A program made the position numbers and the translations under genes. Under the pieces are notes generated by a model. The model was not told the origin of the DNA and ran no database searches. It saw only the letters and a list, made by a program, of their open reading frames with translations. Shown one piece after another: positions 19,892-31,700 of a stretch of 64,000 bases of DNA. This stretch comes from an uncultured virus (IMG/VR IMGVR_UViG_3300037991_003250). Taxonomy: Duplodnaviria > Heunggongvirae > Uroviricota > Caudoviricetes. Location of the stretch: the IMG/VR virus record IMGVR_UViG_3300037991_003250; one strand, given 5' to 3'. Every line of letters begins with the position of its first letter. Within the stretch, counting starts at the first letter, position 1.

Positions 19892-20893
19892 ATGTTGTTT
19901 CCGCGAGAGATAGGTCTTAGGCGTAGCCTTTGCACTAATCAGAATGATTTTAACCGTTATATTACTTCGGTCAATGGTAAATCATCCTGTTATACATCTC
20001 TCTATTTCTATGAGAAAGCAGATCCCCGCCGTTCATGGCGGGCCGATACCGAGTCGGTAGTGATAGATAAAGCGTGGTGGGATTTTGATATTACAGACGA
20101 TACCACCTTTGACGATGTGCGCTCAGATGTGGGCGAGTTAGTTAATCGTCTTGAGGGTGATATTAGGATTGTAGCCACAGGGCGAGGATTTCATGTTTAT
20201 CAATTCTTTGACCGACCTGTTCATGGAACAGGGATGGTAAAACATCTCGATAGATACCAGCGAGAAATCTCTAAGGGGTTGAAGACCTTAGACGGCGTAG
20301 GTAATCCATCTAAACTCACACGCATACCGGACACATACAATCCAAAGCGGGGTAGGTGGGCGGTAAATATAGACCCCGTATTATTCAAGCAAGACCCTAT
20401 GGGCTATGCTATCCCTAAACAACCAATTCCCTCTCTTTCTAAGCACGATCCGTTTAGAGGTTCTGAACCAAACGGAACATTCAGTCTTGTTAGGTGGGCG
20501 GCTACTAACCCTTTGCCTGTTTTACCCGTTCTAACGGCGTTTGAGGGCGACATTGGCGGTTCGGGGGATATACCCCTGCCCCCATGCTTAGAACGCGCTA
20601 TACACGAAGAAAATCCACGCCATTTTACACGCATATTTTTGGCTACCCACCTTGCAGAAAACCTGCGTTGGTTTGCTAATCCCGACTCCCTAACTACCGA
20701 GCAAAAGGAGATGATTACTTCGGAGATTATTTCATTCATAAGTAAATTGGGTTGGCGTGATTTCAACGAGGGTGTGAGCCGAAAACATATTAAATCAGTC
20801 ATTGGCTACGACAACACCCCCACTTGCGCCAAAATACAATCCAACGGTTTGTGCATGGGGTCTTGTTGGCGTGATGATGGAACATTGAGATGA
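19892..20893 (+). CDS. Archaeo-eukaryotic primase, PriS fused to PriL Fe-S domain
   Basis: WDFD, TGRGFHVY and RIP.T.N, followed by LPPC, H..R..L and TC..I...GLC...C. Confidence 0.85.
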   Translation: MLFPREIGLRRSLCTNQNDFNRYITSVNGKSSCYTSLYFYEKADPRRSWRADTESVVIDKAWWDFDITDDTTFDDVRSDVGELVNRLEGDIRIVATGRGFHVYQFFDRPVHGTGMVKHLDRYQREISKGLKTLDGVGNPSKLTRIPDTYNPKRGRWAVNIDPVLFKQDPMGYAIPKQPIPSLSKHDPFRGSEPNGTFSLVRWAATNPLPVLPVLTAFEGDIGGSGDIPLPPCLERAIHEENPRHFTRIFLATHLAENLRWFANPDSLTTEQKEMITSEIISFISKLGWRDFNEGVSRKHIKSVIGYDNTPTCAKIQSNGLCMGSCWRDDGTLR

Positions 20894-21039
20894 TTAGAAT
20901 GCAGATATTAGGAACGATAAAGACTTGCTTTTGTGGATGGACCGGAGAGGTTGGCGTATTGATGCAACACGGCAAACCAATATGCCCCGCTTGTTTTAGA
21001 GAATTAAGTATGATGAGATGTGAAGGTTGCTCAGACTAA
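20890..21039 (+). CDS. Small Zn-finger protein (49 aa)
   Basis: CFCGW...CPAC...CEGC; ATGA overlap with primase stop. Confidence 0.5.
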   Translation: MIRMQILGTIKTCFCGWTGEVGVLMQHGKPICPACFRELSMMRCEGCSD

Positions 21040-21072
21040 CCCTTCATATATTCATCATTATTTTTACGGGTC

Positions 21073-21771
21073 ATGTTGATAGTGGATGACCGAGAAAACG
21101 AGGTCGTCATAAATAAAATAATGGCTAAATTAGGTGATGCTGATGCTAAAGGCGGCAAAGCCAAAGTCAGACGATTAACTGCGGCAGACTATATCATAGG
21201 CAATCGTGGTATCGAGGCTAAGGAAATAAATGACCTTTACCGTTCTATTCTCGGCATGGGAAGGACACGGACAATCTTAGATCAATTGAGAGATTTAGAC
21301 GAGGAATTTGACGAGCCTATGCTTGTCGTCTATGGAACAACCCTCAAGCCCTATGTGCGAGGTAAAATGACTAAGCGAGATTACGCTATCGAAACCGCTA
21401 AGATGAAAAAAACAATCCTTTCTTTTAAGCAGACCTTCTATCAAAGATTTCCACGAATCAAATACATGGAATTTGCTACGATGGAAGAATTTGTTGATTT
21501 CTTAGCGGTGTCGCACACACAAATGGAAGTAGTCAAGAAGGCTAAACAACCACGCCCTGTTGCTGGAAGGCCGCTCGATCCGAGAGTATCGGCACTAACA
21601 CACATACACGGTATTACACCGGAGAGGGCGGAAGCCGTCTTGAAGAAATTTGGTTCGATACCCAACCTTCTTCTCAAGAAAACCACACAGAAGGAATTGA
21701 TGGAGATAGAGGGAATAACCCGCACGATGGCGAGAAAAATACTCGCTCTTAGAAATGATTACTCAAATTGA
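21073..21771 (+). CDS. ERCC4/XPF-family structure-specific nuclease with HhH motifs
   Basis: IVDDRE, ADYII, IEAK..DL..SI; C-terminal tandem HhH. Confidence 0.88.
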   Translation: MLIVDDRENEVVINKIMAKLGDADAKGGKAKVRRLTAADYIIGNRGIEAKEINDLYRSILGMGRTRTILDQLRDLDEEFDEPMLVVYGTTLKPYVRGKMTKRDYAIETAKMKKTILSFKQTFYQRFPRIKYMEFATMEEFVDFLAVSHTQMEVVKKAKQPRPVAGRPLDPRVSALTHIHGITPERAEAVLKKFGSIPNLLLKKTTQKELMEIEGITRTMARKILALRNDYSN

Positions 21772-24700
21772 GAAAACTTATTCGATTGCGTTTCTGCTAT
21801 AAATGCAGATCTTCTTTGGTTTAATTTCACATCATGTATAACAACAGAATGGTTTGAGTTATCATTACCGACTCCCCGCCTTCTGTAAATCCTTACTCTT
21901 AGGTTATTACCAATCGTTCCTGCACCGTTCAAAGTCTGCGTATCAATAACGCTTATTGTTTGTTTATTCACGCCACTTTCTAATTCGACAAAACCGTTTA
22001 GCGTTGCGTTGGTTTCTATACACCTTATTTCAGCATAAATAATTGCTTTTCCTACAATATTACTATTTGGTCCGTGTGATAAGTTAAGAGATAAGCCGAC
22101 TTCATTAGTGATTACATCAGAAGACACTACGAAATCTCCGCTTATTTCTGATGTAGTGGAATATGCCGCATCAACATTAAAGTTAGAAGCGGATAAACTA
22201 AATCCGTCTGCCGTTTTAGTTGCTGATCCATCAGAAGGAGAAAACTTAGATGTTGCGTTTAGCGAAGAACGGATGGCCGAAGGTGCTACCTGTGGCTTCT
22301 TTTGACCTAAGATACCAAAATTACCTTGAGGGGTATAGGCATCCCCATCAAGAGCCATCCTACCTTTTATTTTTGAAAGGAAATTAGGGCTAAATTGATT
22401 CACGCTTAATTGCTTTGTATATTGTGTGGCGTTTCCACCATCCCTATTACCACTACCAGCGTCACCGCCGCCTTCGGGGTTTTGTTTGTTTGGGTCATCT
22501 TCTTCTCCTACTACTCCATCCGGTGTTGAGTCAAGACCAGCCGATGCGCCCGATTGCGAACCTGTAGGTTCTGTATTTCTTGGCTGATGTATATTCGATG
22601 GGAATGTTGGGAAAAGATAGGAAGTAATGCCGCCAGCAGACAACGATTCATCACGCTCTAAATCTAAGACTACATCTTCTATTTCCCTGCCTCTCACCGA
22701 CCAATCTATGCGGCGTATAACCATTGTTTCATTGTTAAGACCTAAACCTGCATCAGTATATTTTACATAAGTTGCTGGAACATAATTATAATCATAAGTA
22801 ATATGGACTCTTGGTGCATACCATTCCGTTCTATCATCTGCAAATGAAGACATTTCTGTGTATTTTCTCATGCCGAGAGGGAATATGCTATTTGTGTTAT
22901 ATGGAGAACCAAAAGAAGTTATGCCTGTAATATCGTGAGCATTCTTTAGAATGTTAGCACCGGTTGGGTCGCCGCATCTGTGGCGCAACAAAGCCCTGCA
23001 ATAGTCGGCGTTAAACGAGATAACAATAGAGCCGTCATTCAGTATTCCGTCAGCATCATAACTGTCCGGCACTTTGATTTCATAGAATCCGCTTTGAACC
23101 GCATCAGCCTTTTCATAGCCGTTAGTAGCAAGACTCGCAACCATTGTCGGTGCGCCGCCACCTTTTGCGCTACTGCTTGTTGAATAACTGTAATCGTAAA
23201 GACCGATTGTGAATTGTGCATCGTCAATTGTTGTGCCGCCCGAAAGATGAACCGCTACTTTCAATTCCTCTCCTGTTGTGTCGCTAACTAAAGGACACTT
23301 AGAAGGCACATGGACTATTTGCACCGCATGAGCCAATGAGTTAGCACCATAGAAATAATAATTATCATCATAATTTATTGTGCTACTACTACCAGCAGAC
23401 GCAGAATTGCCGTATCTGTTGTATATGTCTGTCGAAGTCTTTAGGTTGCCGTTTAGAGCGTTAGCCATACCTGTGAAGGGCGCACCACCAGCCGCAAGGG
23501 AAGTCCATGACGAACCACCGGCTATGGCGTTATTGTAGCCCTGTATAGCCCTGTATGGGTCTGCTATGTAGCCATACCTACCATGTGTTAACATTAAGTC
23601 GTCTGTGCTTGCATCTCGCATAGGTGTGGCCTTAACAGACAATCTCGATTCTTTCAATGAATCATAAGCCTTCTTAGCCACAGATAATGCTTCAAGATCA
23701 CCATTTATTTCGGGGTATTCTAATATCTTCCATCGTGTCGTATCGGTAAGTGCCGCTTCGGGGTAATCAACAAATGATTGTCCGTTTCTATAATACAACC
23801 TAACATGAGATACTTGACCTGCTACATTTGTTTTAAGGTTATTTATTTTTATGTTATCTCTCGATAAATCATGGCCGGAATTGTATTTAGGTCTGTATTC
23901 GATTCTTCCATCCCTACCTGCTAAGTAAGAAAATGTAGTCGGTAAACCATTGTTATAACCAACACCCGAACCATCTTTTATTTTCTTTATCGTTCCCCAC
24001 AGGGTTTTACCCCTGCTATCAACAATTGATCCGTATGAATCGTTGCTTGTCTTGTCGTTGTATGTAGTCATGTTTGTGGTGATAGGCACATTGTTAATGT
24101 CGAATATAACAGGTAGTCTTGTTTGCGGCATCCATGTTTGCATAAGTCCAGCATTCCAAAGCAAGCGGAATTTGTCGCTATCCCAATAAGAACCCATGTT
24201 AGGTGAGCGCACGAAGCCGTCAATATCCATTATTAACCTTAATAGATAAAGAGGGGCTAAAGAAATACTAACAGTTAGCGTTCCATTTGTTCCACTAATA
24301 GAAGAATTTACACACCTTTTACTATGGGTTACCGTTGAAAACGCATTTCCTATTTCGTCAATCAATTCTGAGGGGGTCATGTTATACGAATCGGCTATAT
24401 CAACAGTAATTACATCATAAAGTTGTGTCGGTATTTCGTAATTATCTCCACTACTCCAATATGCCTGTTCATGGACTCTTAAATCCCTCATGTCGCTTAC
24501 TTTGTGAAAACCTGCCGTCATATCCCCATCCCTCATACCCAATATATCAGACTCGGTGTAATACATTAAATCAACAGTTAATTGTGTTTCGCTAACTACA
24601 GATCTAACTCTAAACATTAAACTCAATGAATATACCACACCATCAACAGTATAGGTTTCATTAGTAAGTGGGGTTGTTGTATTCTTAATACACATACCAG

Positions 24701-27700
24701 CCTTTACTCCATCTGTTACAAATGTTGCTGATGAATCGGTTAATGTATAATACTCCACAGTTGCCGCCTTACCCGTTAATGTGCCGCTAACAGAAGATGA
24801 TAATTTACCATCCCATGTAAAAAATCTATCAGAAGCGGTTTGTTGTCTTGTTGAATCTGATGTTACTAAAGTCAGTCTTCCAAAGCCGCCGTCTTCGTCA
24901 AAATTAGTAATAGCATCAGAAGGAATTTCGATAAAGAAATCGCCTATATTTACATCTGCTTCTAAGACAAAGGGTTCATTTATTATGTAATTGTAATTTG
25001 GGTGGGGGGCGTATGGTGTGCCGGTTCTTAGAGGGCTGGAAAGCATTTCCGACCAATAGTTATCAATAAGTGTGGGGTAACCCTTTATCGTTGCTACGAA
25101 ATCCCCTAAGTCTGTTCTTCCGCCAGCAAATTGCCCCGTCTTACCACCATTAACCAAAGTGTTCATATTGAAAAACTTAGAGCAATCAATCACCAAAAAT
25201 GATCCCCCTTTGTCTTCCCAATCTTGATATTGTGATAAGTCTTGGTCGCTTCCTGTGGTGGCGCAGTAAAACGCGCCGCCGGTATTAGTTGTTGTTGAAA
25301 TGAAATCAGTATCTAAGTCAAAATGTGTATTGCCCGATACCGCCGTTACCTTGTGTAACCCATCGTGGTTAAGTGAATTTATAATATGGATATAATCATT
25401 AGCCACTACACTTCCTGTATTGCTTGTTGTAATTCTTAATTTACCGCTATTATCTTGAAGGGCTGATACGGCCACAGAATTAGTGTAATCTGCTGGTTTA
25501 GAAAAAGCACCATTTGTTGATGGGTCATTTTTTGAATTGATATTCCAAATGTCTAATTCTTCTCCTATTTTTAAGTCTGTAAATTTATCGTAATTACCGT
25601 CTAAATCAGTATCTTGATCTGCGTAAAGCATAGATACTTCGTAGTTATCACTTGTAGGATAAATAAGCCCAAAATCTTCTTTTCTATACCCACCATCTGC
25701 ATTCGCTTTACCATTGTTTCTCATATCCGACCAAAGCAACCAAATGTGTTTGTAGTCATTACTTATGTTGCAGATATGAACCTTAGTGTTAATACTCGTT
25801 CCCAATTCACTATAACTCGTTGCATGGGATTGTGAAAGGTATTCACAACCAATAAGATAATAATTACCGCCGCTTTGAACCTTACCTTTGTAAATAAATT
25901 TATCTCTAATTTTATTTTTTTCTAATCTTCCTTTATCTTCTATTTCTGCGATACCTGCCGTTGGTATATTATTAAATTGAGTCGAAGTAAAAGACACCCT
26001 AACTGTTGTCGCACCGGAAGTATTTATTGTTGCCCCTAAATCGGCGGATTCTGAAGGGCTATTTTGTATGTCGCCAAAGTGATATTTGAACCAAAGCGAT
26101 TTAGGCAAATCTCGCATCCAAACCGCATGAACGGGTTTGCTATCTAAACCTTTATCGTTTGTGGTAGGTATGTTTGTGGTTCGGCCTCTATCTGTTGAAA
26201 AGGCCGCTCTATCCGTTCCGTCTTTTAATCCCGTATTGCTTGTATATGTTCCAAACTCAGAACCCACATCGTCATATAATGTAAATGTGTCTGCTACCCA
26301 AAGATAAGGAGTTGTTGAAAATGTCGAATAATAATTCTGTATTCTTGTTACCTTTTTTATTTTATGAAAACCACACAACGCTTGAGGGCTAAGTAATCTA
26401 TCTGTTCTTGTTCCGCTTGTGCTTAAATCAAAATTAGAAATATAGATTTTATCATTTGGTAATAATTGGGGGTCTGCGTCAAACGCAATAGTTAAATTTC
26501 TTCCGGTCGGATCATCTGAACGAGGATAAGAAGCGAGAGTCGCTTGATAAACCCCTCTTTCGATATAACCAGATATATTTATATCTGTCTTAATCCTTCT
26601 AAATTTACCCGAACCGGCATAAACAATTTTAGCGGTTTCCGGTGTATATGTTCCTGTGAAAGTAGCAGTTTGGTTTCCGTCTTCTGTTCCTGTTGTAGTT
26701 ATAAACCCATAAATAGCATCATGGTTTTCAGAATTAACTATTGTTAAAGCATCTGATGTGGTGTAACCCGGATTACCATTAAAGATTATTTTTAATGATG
26801 GAGTATATGGTATTCCGAGAGAGTATTCTTGCCCGAATCCTAAAATACCTGCCGCTTCATATTCCGTTTCTATATTATTAGGCCCATAATCAGAATCCTC
26901 ATTGTTATACATTTGGATTGGGTGTGCGGTGTTTAATTTTAACCGTTGGTTTTTTAATTCTTTGTAATTGTTATCAACATCAAATCCAACGGAATTATCT
27001 AATGTTTGTAAAGGACTTGCACCTAAATTCATTATGTCTTTCATACCTTTTGCGTCAGATAACCAATATGGAGTTTGCATTTCATCATCGTTCAATCCTT
27101 TTTGCCCTACTTCCCATAACGGGATTTGTCTATCGAGTAAAGAAGTCTTGTCCGTTGCCTTTAATTTGATTAAACGGTCTTTTGTTTCTTGGCGTATATC
27201 CATGTCTTCGACAACACCCATCCATGTTGGTCTGTCTATTGTATGTGTTTCGTTTGTAAATCCTCTTGTCGGATTCGTAAATAACAACAAGTAAATATCT
27301 GATATAGACGACCGATTAAAAAGAGATATTAAATCGTGTGCGTAATCATTACTATTAACGCCAATATTTGCCCCACCTTCCGGCGCAGGTTCGTCTTCTA
27401 TGGATAATTCAAAAGATGAAAAACCATTGACCGGTTGAACCATTCTCATTTGTTTTAATGGTGGTAATTCCCTTCCATCGGGGTGATCTGTGAGAGGCCT
27501 ACACATAGCGGCTCGGTCGAGCATTAGCACACAATTTACATTTGTTTGTGATGATGCGGGTTTGACTTCCATTTCCCAACCATACATATTAGCCGCCGTT
27601 GCGCTCGTTAAAGCGTAGCCCGATGAATAAGAGCCGCCGAGAGAGTTTGTTGAAGTTACTTCTGTTCCGTCTTGATAAACCTTAAATTTACTGTTGGTAT

Positions 27701-28748
27701 AATCGAGAACGAAATCAAGGTCAATCCAATGTGTTACTTCGTCTGTTTCTGTGGTGCTATTGCCGTATTTGAACGGGTGTGTGTTGTAAGAAGAAAGGTC
27801 AATCTCCCATTGGACTTTCGGTGTTCCGGTTAGCCCATCTTCAAGGTCTGTTCCTGCACCGCTTGTGTAGCCAAATTTGACCGTAGCAGTTGGTGTTAAT
27901 TTACCCTCGCTTGCAGTAGCCCCGCTATATGCTCGCACCGCAAATCTAACTGTGAATACATCACCATCACCAACGCTATTCAAAGATCCATCATAAGCAA
28001 TAGATGGGATAGACGAACCCTTTGACGAATCGCTGGCGTGGAATGATTGCACTACAAGGAATGGTTGCCCCGATGGTGATTTAACGGGCTGGAATACATT
28101 TCGTGGGCTTTCGACTGTGCCGCCGTCTTTGTGTGCATATTCCACCGTTTCTCCCATCCAAACACCCGCAAGATGCGCTCGCTGAACAAACCCTGCCGTC
28201 TGAGTATGAACCCCTGTGTCTTTTGTTGCGTTGTATGATCCCGCACCGTAATTCTTCATCGTGGCTCGGCCAAAGGTTGCGTCATCATCACCGAGAGGAA
28301 CAATGTATTTTCCTAAAGAATCATGCCCGTTAGAAAAAAGAAGGTAGGCATCACTACCGCTTGCGTCAAATCGCCATTTGTTTCCGACATTTCCATCGGG
28401 ATATTGTAATTGCGCTCGGCCTTCGTATTCAAGAGGTTTCTGTCTTATAGTGTCGAGAGATAACCATTCAAATGTTCCGTTATTTTGTAAATTTTTGGTT
28501 TCATCACTCGATCCAATTAGAGCAGTATTATAGCCGTTACTTTTATTTATTTCATTGTTAGACCAACGATAGCGGGGATTTAGAATAGCCTCGCCGTTCA
28601 TCGGGTTTCCATAGTGTGTTTTATCCTTGTCGTATGCAACAGTAGCAGACGGAACATTATCGTCATTTGCTATGGCTCTCGCACTTGCGAAGTCATCGTA
28701 ATAGGTTGCTATCCAAGCACCATATTTACTATTGACTGTCCTTACCAT
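21759..28748 (-). CDS. Giant tail tip / baseplate-associated virion protein (~2330 aa)
   Basis: Directly follows the tape measure gene; beta-rich; hub-like segments. Confidence 0.65.
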   Translation of the reverse strand: MVRTVNSKYGAWIATYYDDFASARAIANDDNVPSATVAYDKDKTHYGNPMNGEAILNPRYRWSNNEINKSNGYNTALIGSSDETKNLQNNGTFEWLSLDTIRQKPLEYEGRAQLQYPDGNVGNKWRFDASGSDAYLLFSNGHDSLGKYIVPLGDDDATFGRATMKNYGAGSYNATKDTGVHTQTAGFVQRAHLAGVWMGETVEYAHKDGGTVESPRNVFQPVKSPSGQPFLVVQSFHASDSSKGSSIPSIAYDGSLNSVGDGDVFTVRFAVRAYSGATASEGKLTPTATVKFGYTSGAGTDLEDGLTGTPKVQWEIDLSSYNTHPFKYGNSTTETDEVTHWIDLDFVLDYTNSKFKVYQDGTEVTSTNSLGGSYSSGYALTSATAANMYGWEMEVKPASSQTNVNCVLMLDRAAMCRPLTDHPDGRELPPLKQMRMVQPVNGFSSFELSIEDEPAPEGGANIGVNSNDYAHDLISLFNRSSISDIYLLLFTNPTRGFTNETHTIDRPTWMGVVEDMDIRQETKDRLIKLKATDKTSLLDRQIPLWEVGQKGLNDDEMQTPYWLSDAKGMKDIMNLGASPLQTLDNSVGFDVDNNYKELKNQRLKLNTAHPIQMYNNEDSDYGPNNIETEYEAAGILGFGQEYSLGIPYTPSLKIIFNGNPGYTTSDALTIVNSENHDAIYGFITTTGTEDGNQTATFTGTYTPETAKIVYAGSGKFRRIKTDINISGYIERGVYQATLASYPRSDDPTGRNLTIAFDADPQLLPNDKIYISNFDLSTSGTRTDRLLSPQALCGFHKIKKVTRIQNYYSTFSTTPYLWVADTFTLYDDVGSEFGTYTSNTGLKDGTDRAAFSTDRGRTTNIPTTNDKGLDSKPVHAVWMRDLPKSLWFKYHFGDIQNSPSESADLGATINTSGATTVRVSFTSTQFNNIPTAGIAEIEDKGRLEKNKIRDKFIYKGKVQSGGNYYLIGCEYLSQSHATSYSELGTSINTKVHICNISNDYKHIWLLWSDMRNNGKANADGGYRKEDFGLIYPTSDNYEVSMLYADQDTDLDGNYDKFTDLKIGEELDIWNINSKNDPSTNGAFSKPADYTNSVAVSALQDNSGKLRITTSNTGSVVANDYIHIINSLNHDGLHKVTAVSGNTHFDLDTDFISTTTNTGGAFYCATTGSDQDLSQYQDWEDKGGSFLVIDCSKFFNMNTLVNGGKTGQFAGGRTDLGDFVATIKGYPTLIDNYWSEMLSSPLRTGTPYAPHPNYNYIINEPFVLEADVNIGDFFIEIPSDAITNFDEDGGFGRLTLVTSDSTRQQTASDRFFTWDGKLSSSVSGTLTGKAATVEYYTLTDSSATFVTDGVKAGMCIKNTTTPLTNETYTVDGVVYSLSLMFRVRSVVSETQLTVDLMYYTESDILGMRDGDMTAGFHKVSDMRDLRVHEQAYWSSGDNYEIPTQLYDVITVDIADSYNMTPSELIDEIGNAFSTVTHSKRCVNSSISGTNGTLTVSISLAPLYLLRLIMDIDGFVRSPNMGSYWDSDKFRLLWNAGLMQTWMPQTRLPVIFDINNVPITTNMTTYNDKTSNDSYGSIVDSRGKTLWGTIKKIKDGSGVGYNNGLPTTFSYLAGRDGRIEYRPKYNSGHDLSRDNIKINNLKTNVAGQVSHVRLYYRNGQSFVDYPEAALTDTTRWKILEYPEINGDLEALSVAKKAYDSLKESRLSVKATPMRDASTDDLMLTHGRYGYIADPYRAIQGYNNAIAGGSSWTSLAAGGAPFTGMANALNGNLKTSTDIYNRYGNSASAGSSSTINYDDNYYFYGANSLAHAVQIVHVPSKCPLVSDTTGEELKVAVHLSGGTTIDDAQFTIGLYDYSYSTSSSAKGGGAPTMVASLATNGYEKADAVQSGFYEIKVPDSYDADGILNDGSIVISFNADYCRALLRHRCGDPTGANILKNAHDITGITSFGSPYNTNSIFPLGMRKYTEMSSFADDRTEWYAPRVHITYDYNYVPATYVKYTDAGLGLNNETMVIRRIDWSVRGREIEDVVLDLERDESLSAGGITSYLFPTFPSNIHQPRNTEPTGSQSGASAGLDSTPDGVVGEEDDPNKQNPEGGGDAGSGNRDGGNATQYTKQLSVNQFSPNFLSKIKGRMALDGDAYTPQGNFGILGQKKPQVAPSAIRSSLNATSKFSPSDGSATKTADGFSLSASNFNVDAAYSTTSEISGDFVVSSDVITNEVGLSLNLSHGPNSNIVGKAIIYAEIRCIETNATLNGFVELESGVNKQTISVIDTQTLNGAGTIGNNLRVRIYRRRGVGNDNSNHSVVIHDVKLNQRRSAFIAETQSNKFSQFE

Positions 28749-28752
28749 AAGA

Positions 28753-31700
28753 TCACACACTCGCACCGGAGAGGTTGATACCCCTTACTCCCGCTTCACT
28801 CTCTATCGCATCAAGAACGATGTTAGCCATCTCTCTTGTAGTCATGCCGTTGAAGTTATTAGTCTGTATAACTTCTGTGTTGGCTATAAATGTTTCAACG
28901 CCTTGTTGTTGTATTTGCTTTACTAATGCGCCCTGCACATTACCTGCCTTGAACCCAAAGAATAATTCTTCTCGGCTATTGTTAAAGTTTTGTTGTGCTT
29001 CTGTCGCAGAATTTAGGCTATCTGCATAACCATCTATACTTGTCGTATCAAAAGTTGGAATTTCATAATCTATATCTTCCAAATTAGACCCTAATTTTTC
29101 CACTTCAAAATTAAGACCGAATAATTCTTTAGCCGCATAAATCGCCGCAAACGCAATTCCGACCAATACAAGACCTGCAACCGTTAAAGCCGCAATACCT
29201 ACTAACGCCGTAAAAGCAAAAGAAGCCGCCGTTCCGAGCGCACCAAAACCAACCGATGCTAACCAAGCCGCCGCTTGCGTAGCGAGCAATCCGGCTATTT
29301 GAGCAACATAAGCCACTACTAATTTACCATAAGAAAGAAGCAAACCACTATTTACAACAATTAACGATCCAATAGCAGTTTGATTAAGCCAATAAGCAAG
29401 TGTATTTTTAGCCAAAGCCGCAGTATCTATTATCACCGCTTTTATTTGAGCATATTTAGTAACTAAATATGTTCCGGCCACAAATAAATAAGAATTAGTC
29501 ATTATCGCATTCTTTAATAACATGGCTTGTTCAACCGCCATCGCAGCAACATGAGCATAAATCTGAGCAATCAAAGTCGAATAAATAAGGGCTATGTTTG
29601 CTAATGTTGCCGAATTGATAATACTTAATGCGATTGTTTTTATCATTTCTATTTGACTGTGCATTAAAGATAAAACAAACAAAAACATAGCCCCCGCCAT
29701 TGTTTCTGCTTGGTTTTCAAAGTGCATAAATGACGGTAAAATATTATTTATTTCTGTTCCTAAAATCATTAAAGCACTTGAAGCAATCATAAAGCCCATA
29801 GAGATAAACATAGACATACCAACGACCTTTGTTAGGGAATGGCTTAGACCTTCTGCCGCCATACCACCTGCCTTTAATTCAGCATTAAACATTTTTTGAG
29901 CATTTGCGCCCTGTGAGGAATATACCGCAGATCTTTGTGATAAATCATTTAATTGTATTTGTAGCCCTTCTCTTTCTTCTAAAAGAAGATTTATTGCTTT
30001 TTGAATATCAACGGTGCTATCTAATATGATTGCTTCTTGCTCACCTTTTCTTGCCTTTCTTTCTCCGAGAAGCAACGATATTTCTTCTAATCTATTTTTA
30101 GTTACGCTTAGTGCGTTTGATCTATTTTTACCCAAGTCAATGTTCTCTTGATGTTGTCTTTGTTTTGTTAGTAATAAATTGACTCTTTCTTCGATTAGGC
30201 TTTTTCTTTGCCCTTCAATGTTTTGTTTCTTAGCAACCAGCAAGTTATAATTAGATAAGTTATTTGTTTTTTGTTGTTTTATGGCCTTTATTTCAGCGTT
30301 AAGTATTTGTTGTTTTTCTTGTATTAGTATTAACTGATTATTAGATACTTGATCGCGTATAAATGCTATGTTTTCACCGGATATTGCCCGCATAACCGCT
30401 CGCATAGCCTGTAGTGCGATTTGCACCGACATTAAGTTAAGTTGTAAAGTTACAAATGGCGCAACCAATTGAGTTACTATCAATCTTGCTTCGTATAAAT
30501 CTTCAACAAATTCACCAAAGCCGCCCATTTCTGAAAACCCTTCTATTATCGCATCCATAGCGATTAACATATCCTCTTGAGCCTTTAGTGCCTCTAACTG
30601 TGCAGGTAACAAACGCTCACCGATTGCGGCTTGTAAGTTTGTTATTCTTGCTTCTGTCTGTTCTATTTGGAAAGCGGTATTAGCGAATAAATCAGCAAGA
30701 TAACCTGCGGCCTCTCCGTTTTCTTCCATTACTTTTCCAGACTCATTTAGTGCTTCATTGTAAAGCATATTTGATCTTTCAAGGTCTTGCATCAAAAGAA
30801 GCAAACGAGCATAATGTCTGTTACCAGCCATAGTCTGTGCGAGAGCCTGTTGTTGTTGGTCGTTCATTTGATTAAATGCTGGTGCTAACTCGTTGAGAAT
30901 CTGTTGCATCGGCCTTAATTCGCCGTTTGCATCGTGTGTTGCTACGCCTAAATCTCTCAAGGCTTGACCTGCACCGTTAATATCACCACCGACTCTTGCG
31001 TAAGTAAATCTAAGAGCCGTTCCCGCAGTTTCAGCACGAATACCACGCTCAATCAATGTAGCCGACATAGCGGCCATAAACCCAATGTCTTCTCCGGCTA
31101 ATCTTGCTACACCACCAAAATGATTCATGGCTTCGATGATTTCCGGCATACGAGCCGCCGATCTATCTTCAACGCTGTTTAGTTTGTTTAGTGTTTTGGC
31201 TACAGATGCAGTTACTACTTCTCTTTGTGCGAGGGCATCCATAGCGGCAAATTGAGCCTGTGTTAAATCTCCTGTTACGAGAGCATTCTGTTGCATTAGA
31301 GAAATCAAAGCCTGTTGTGCTTCCACACCGCCCATATCACCAACGAATCCGAGAGCCAAACCACCCTTTGTTAGTGGCTCAACAACACCCGGACCGTAAA
31401 GAGCCTGTAGTTGCGCCGCCCTACCACCTGCGGCTAATGCCTCATCACCTACGAACCCAAATTCTGCACCAATGCTTTTAACACTATCAGCGATACTTTG
31501 CATTTGTATTTCAGTCAGAACCGCAGTATCAAAGAATTTCTCAAATTCAATTGTGGCTATTTCTAATTCTCTTGCTACGGGTATTACTGCATTTTCTAAC
31601 TCAACAATTTGTTGGTTTAATTCACCTACGGCTTCTAAAACATTAGAAAACGAATCAACAAATAAACCTTGAAGCGCAGTTGAGGCCGCTTCTGCATCAT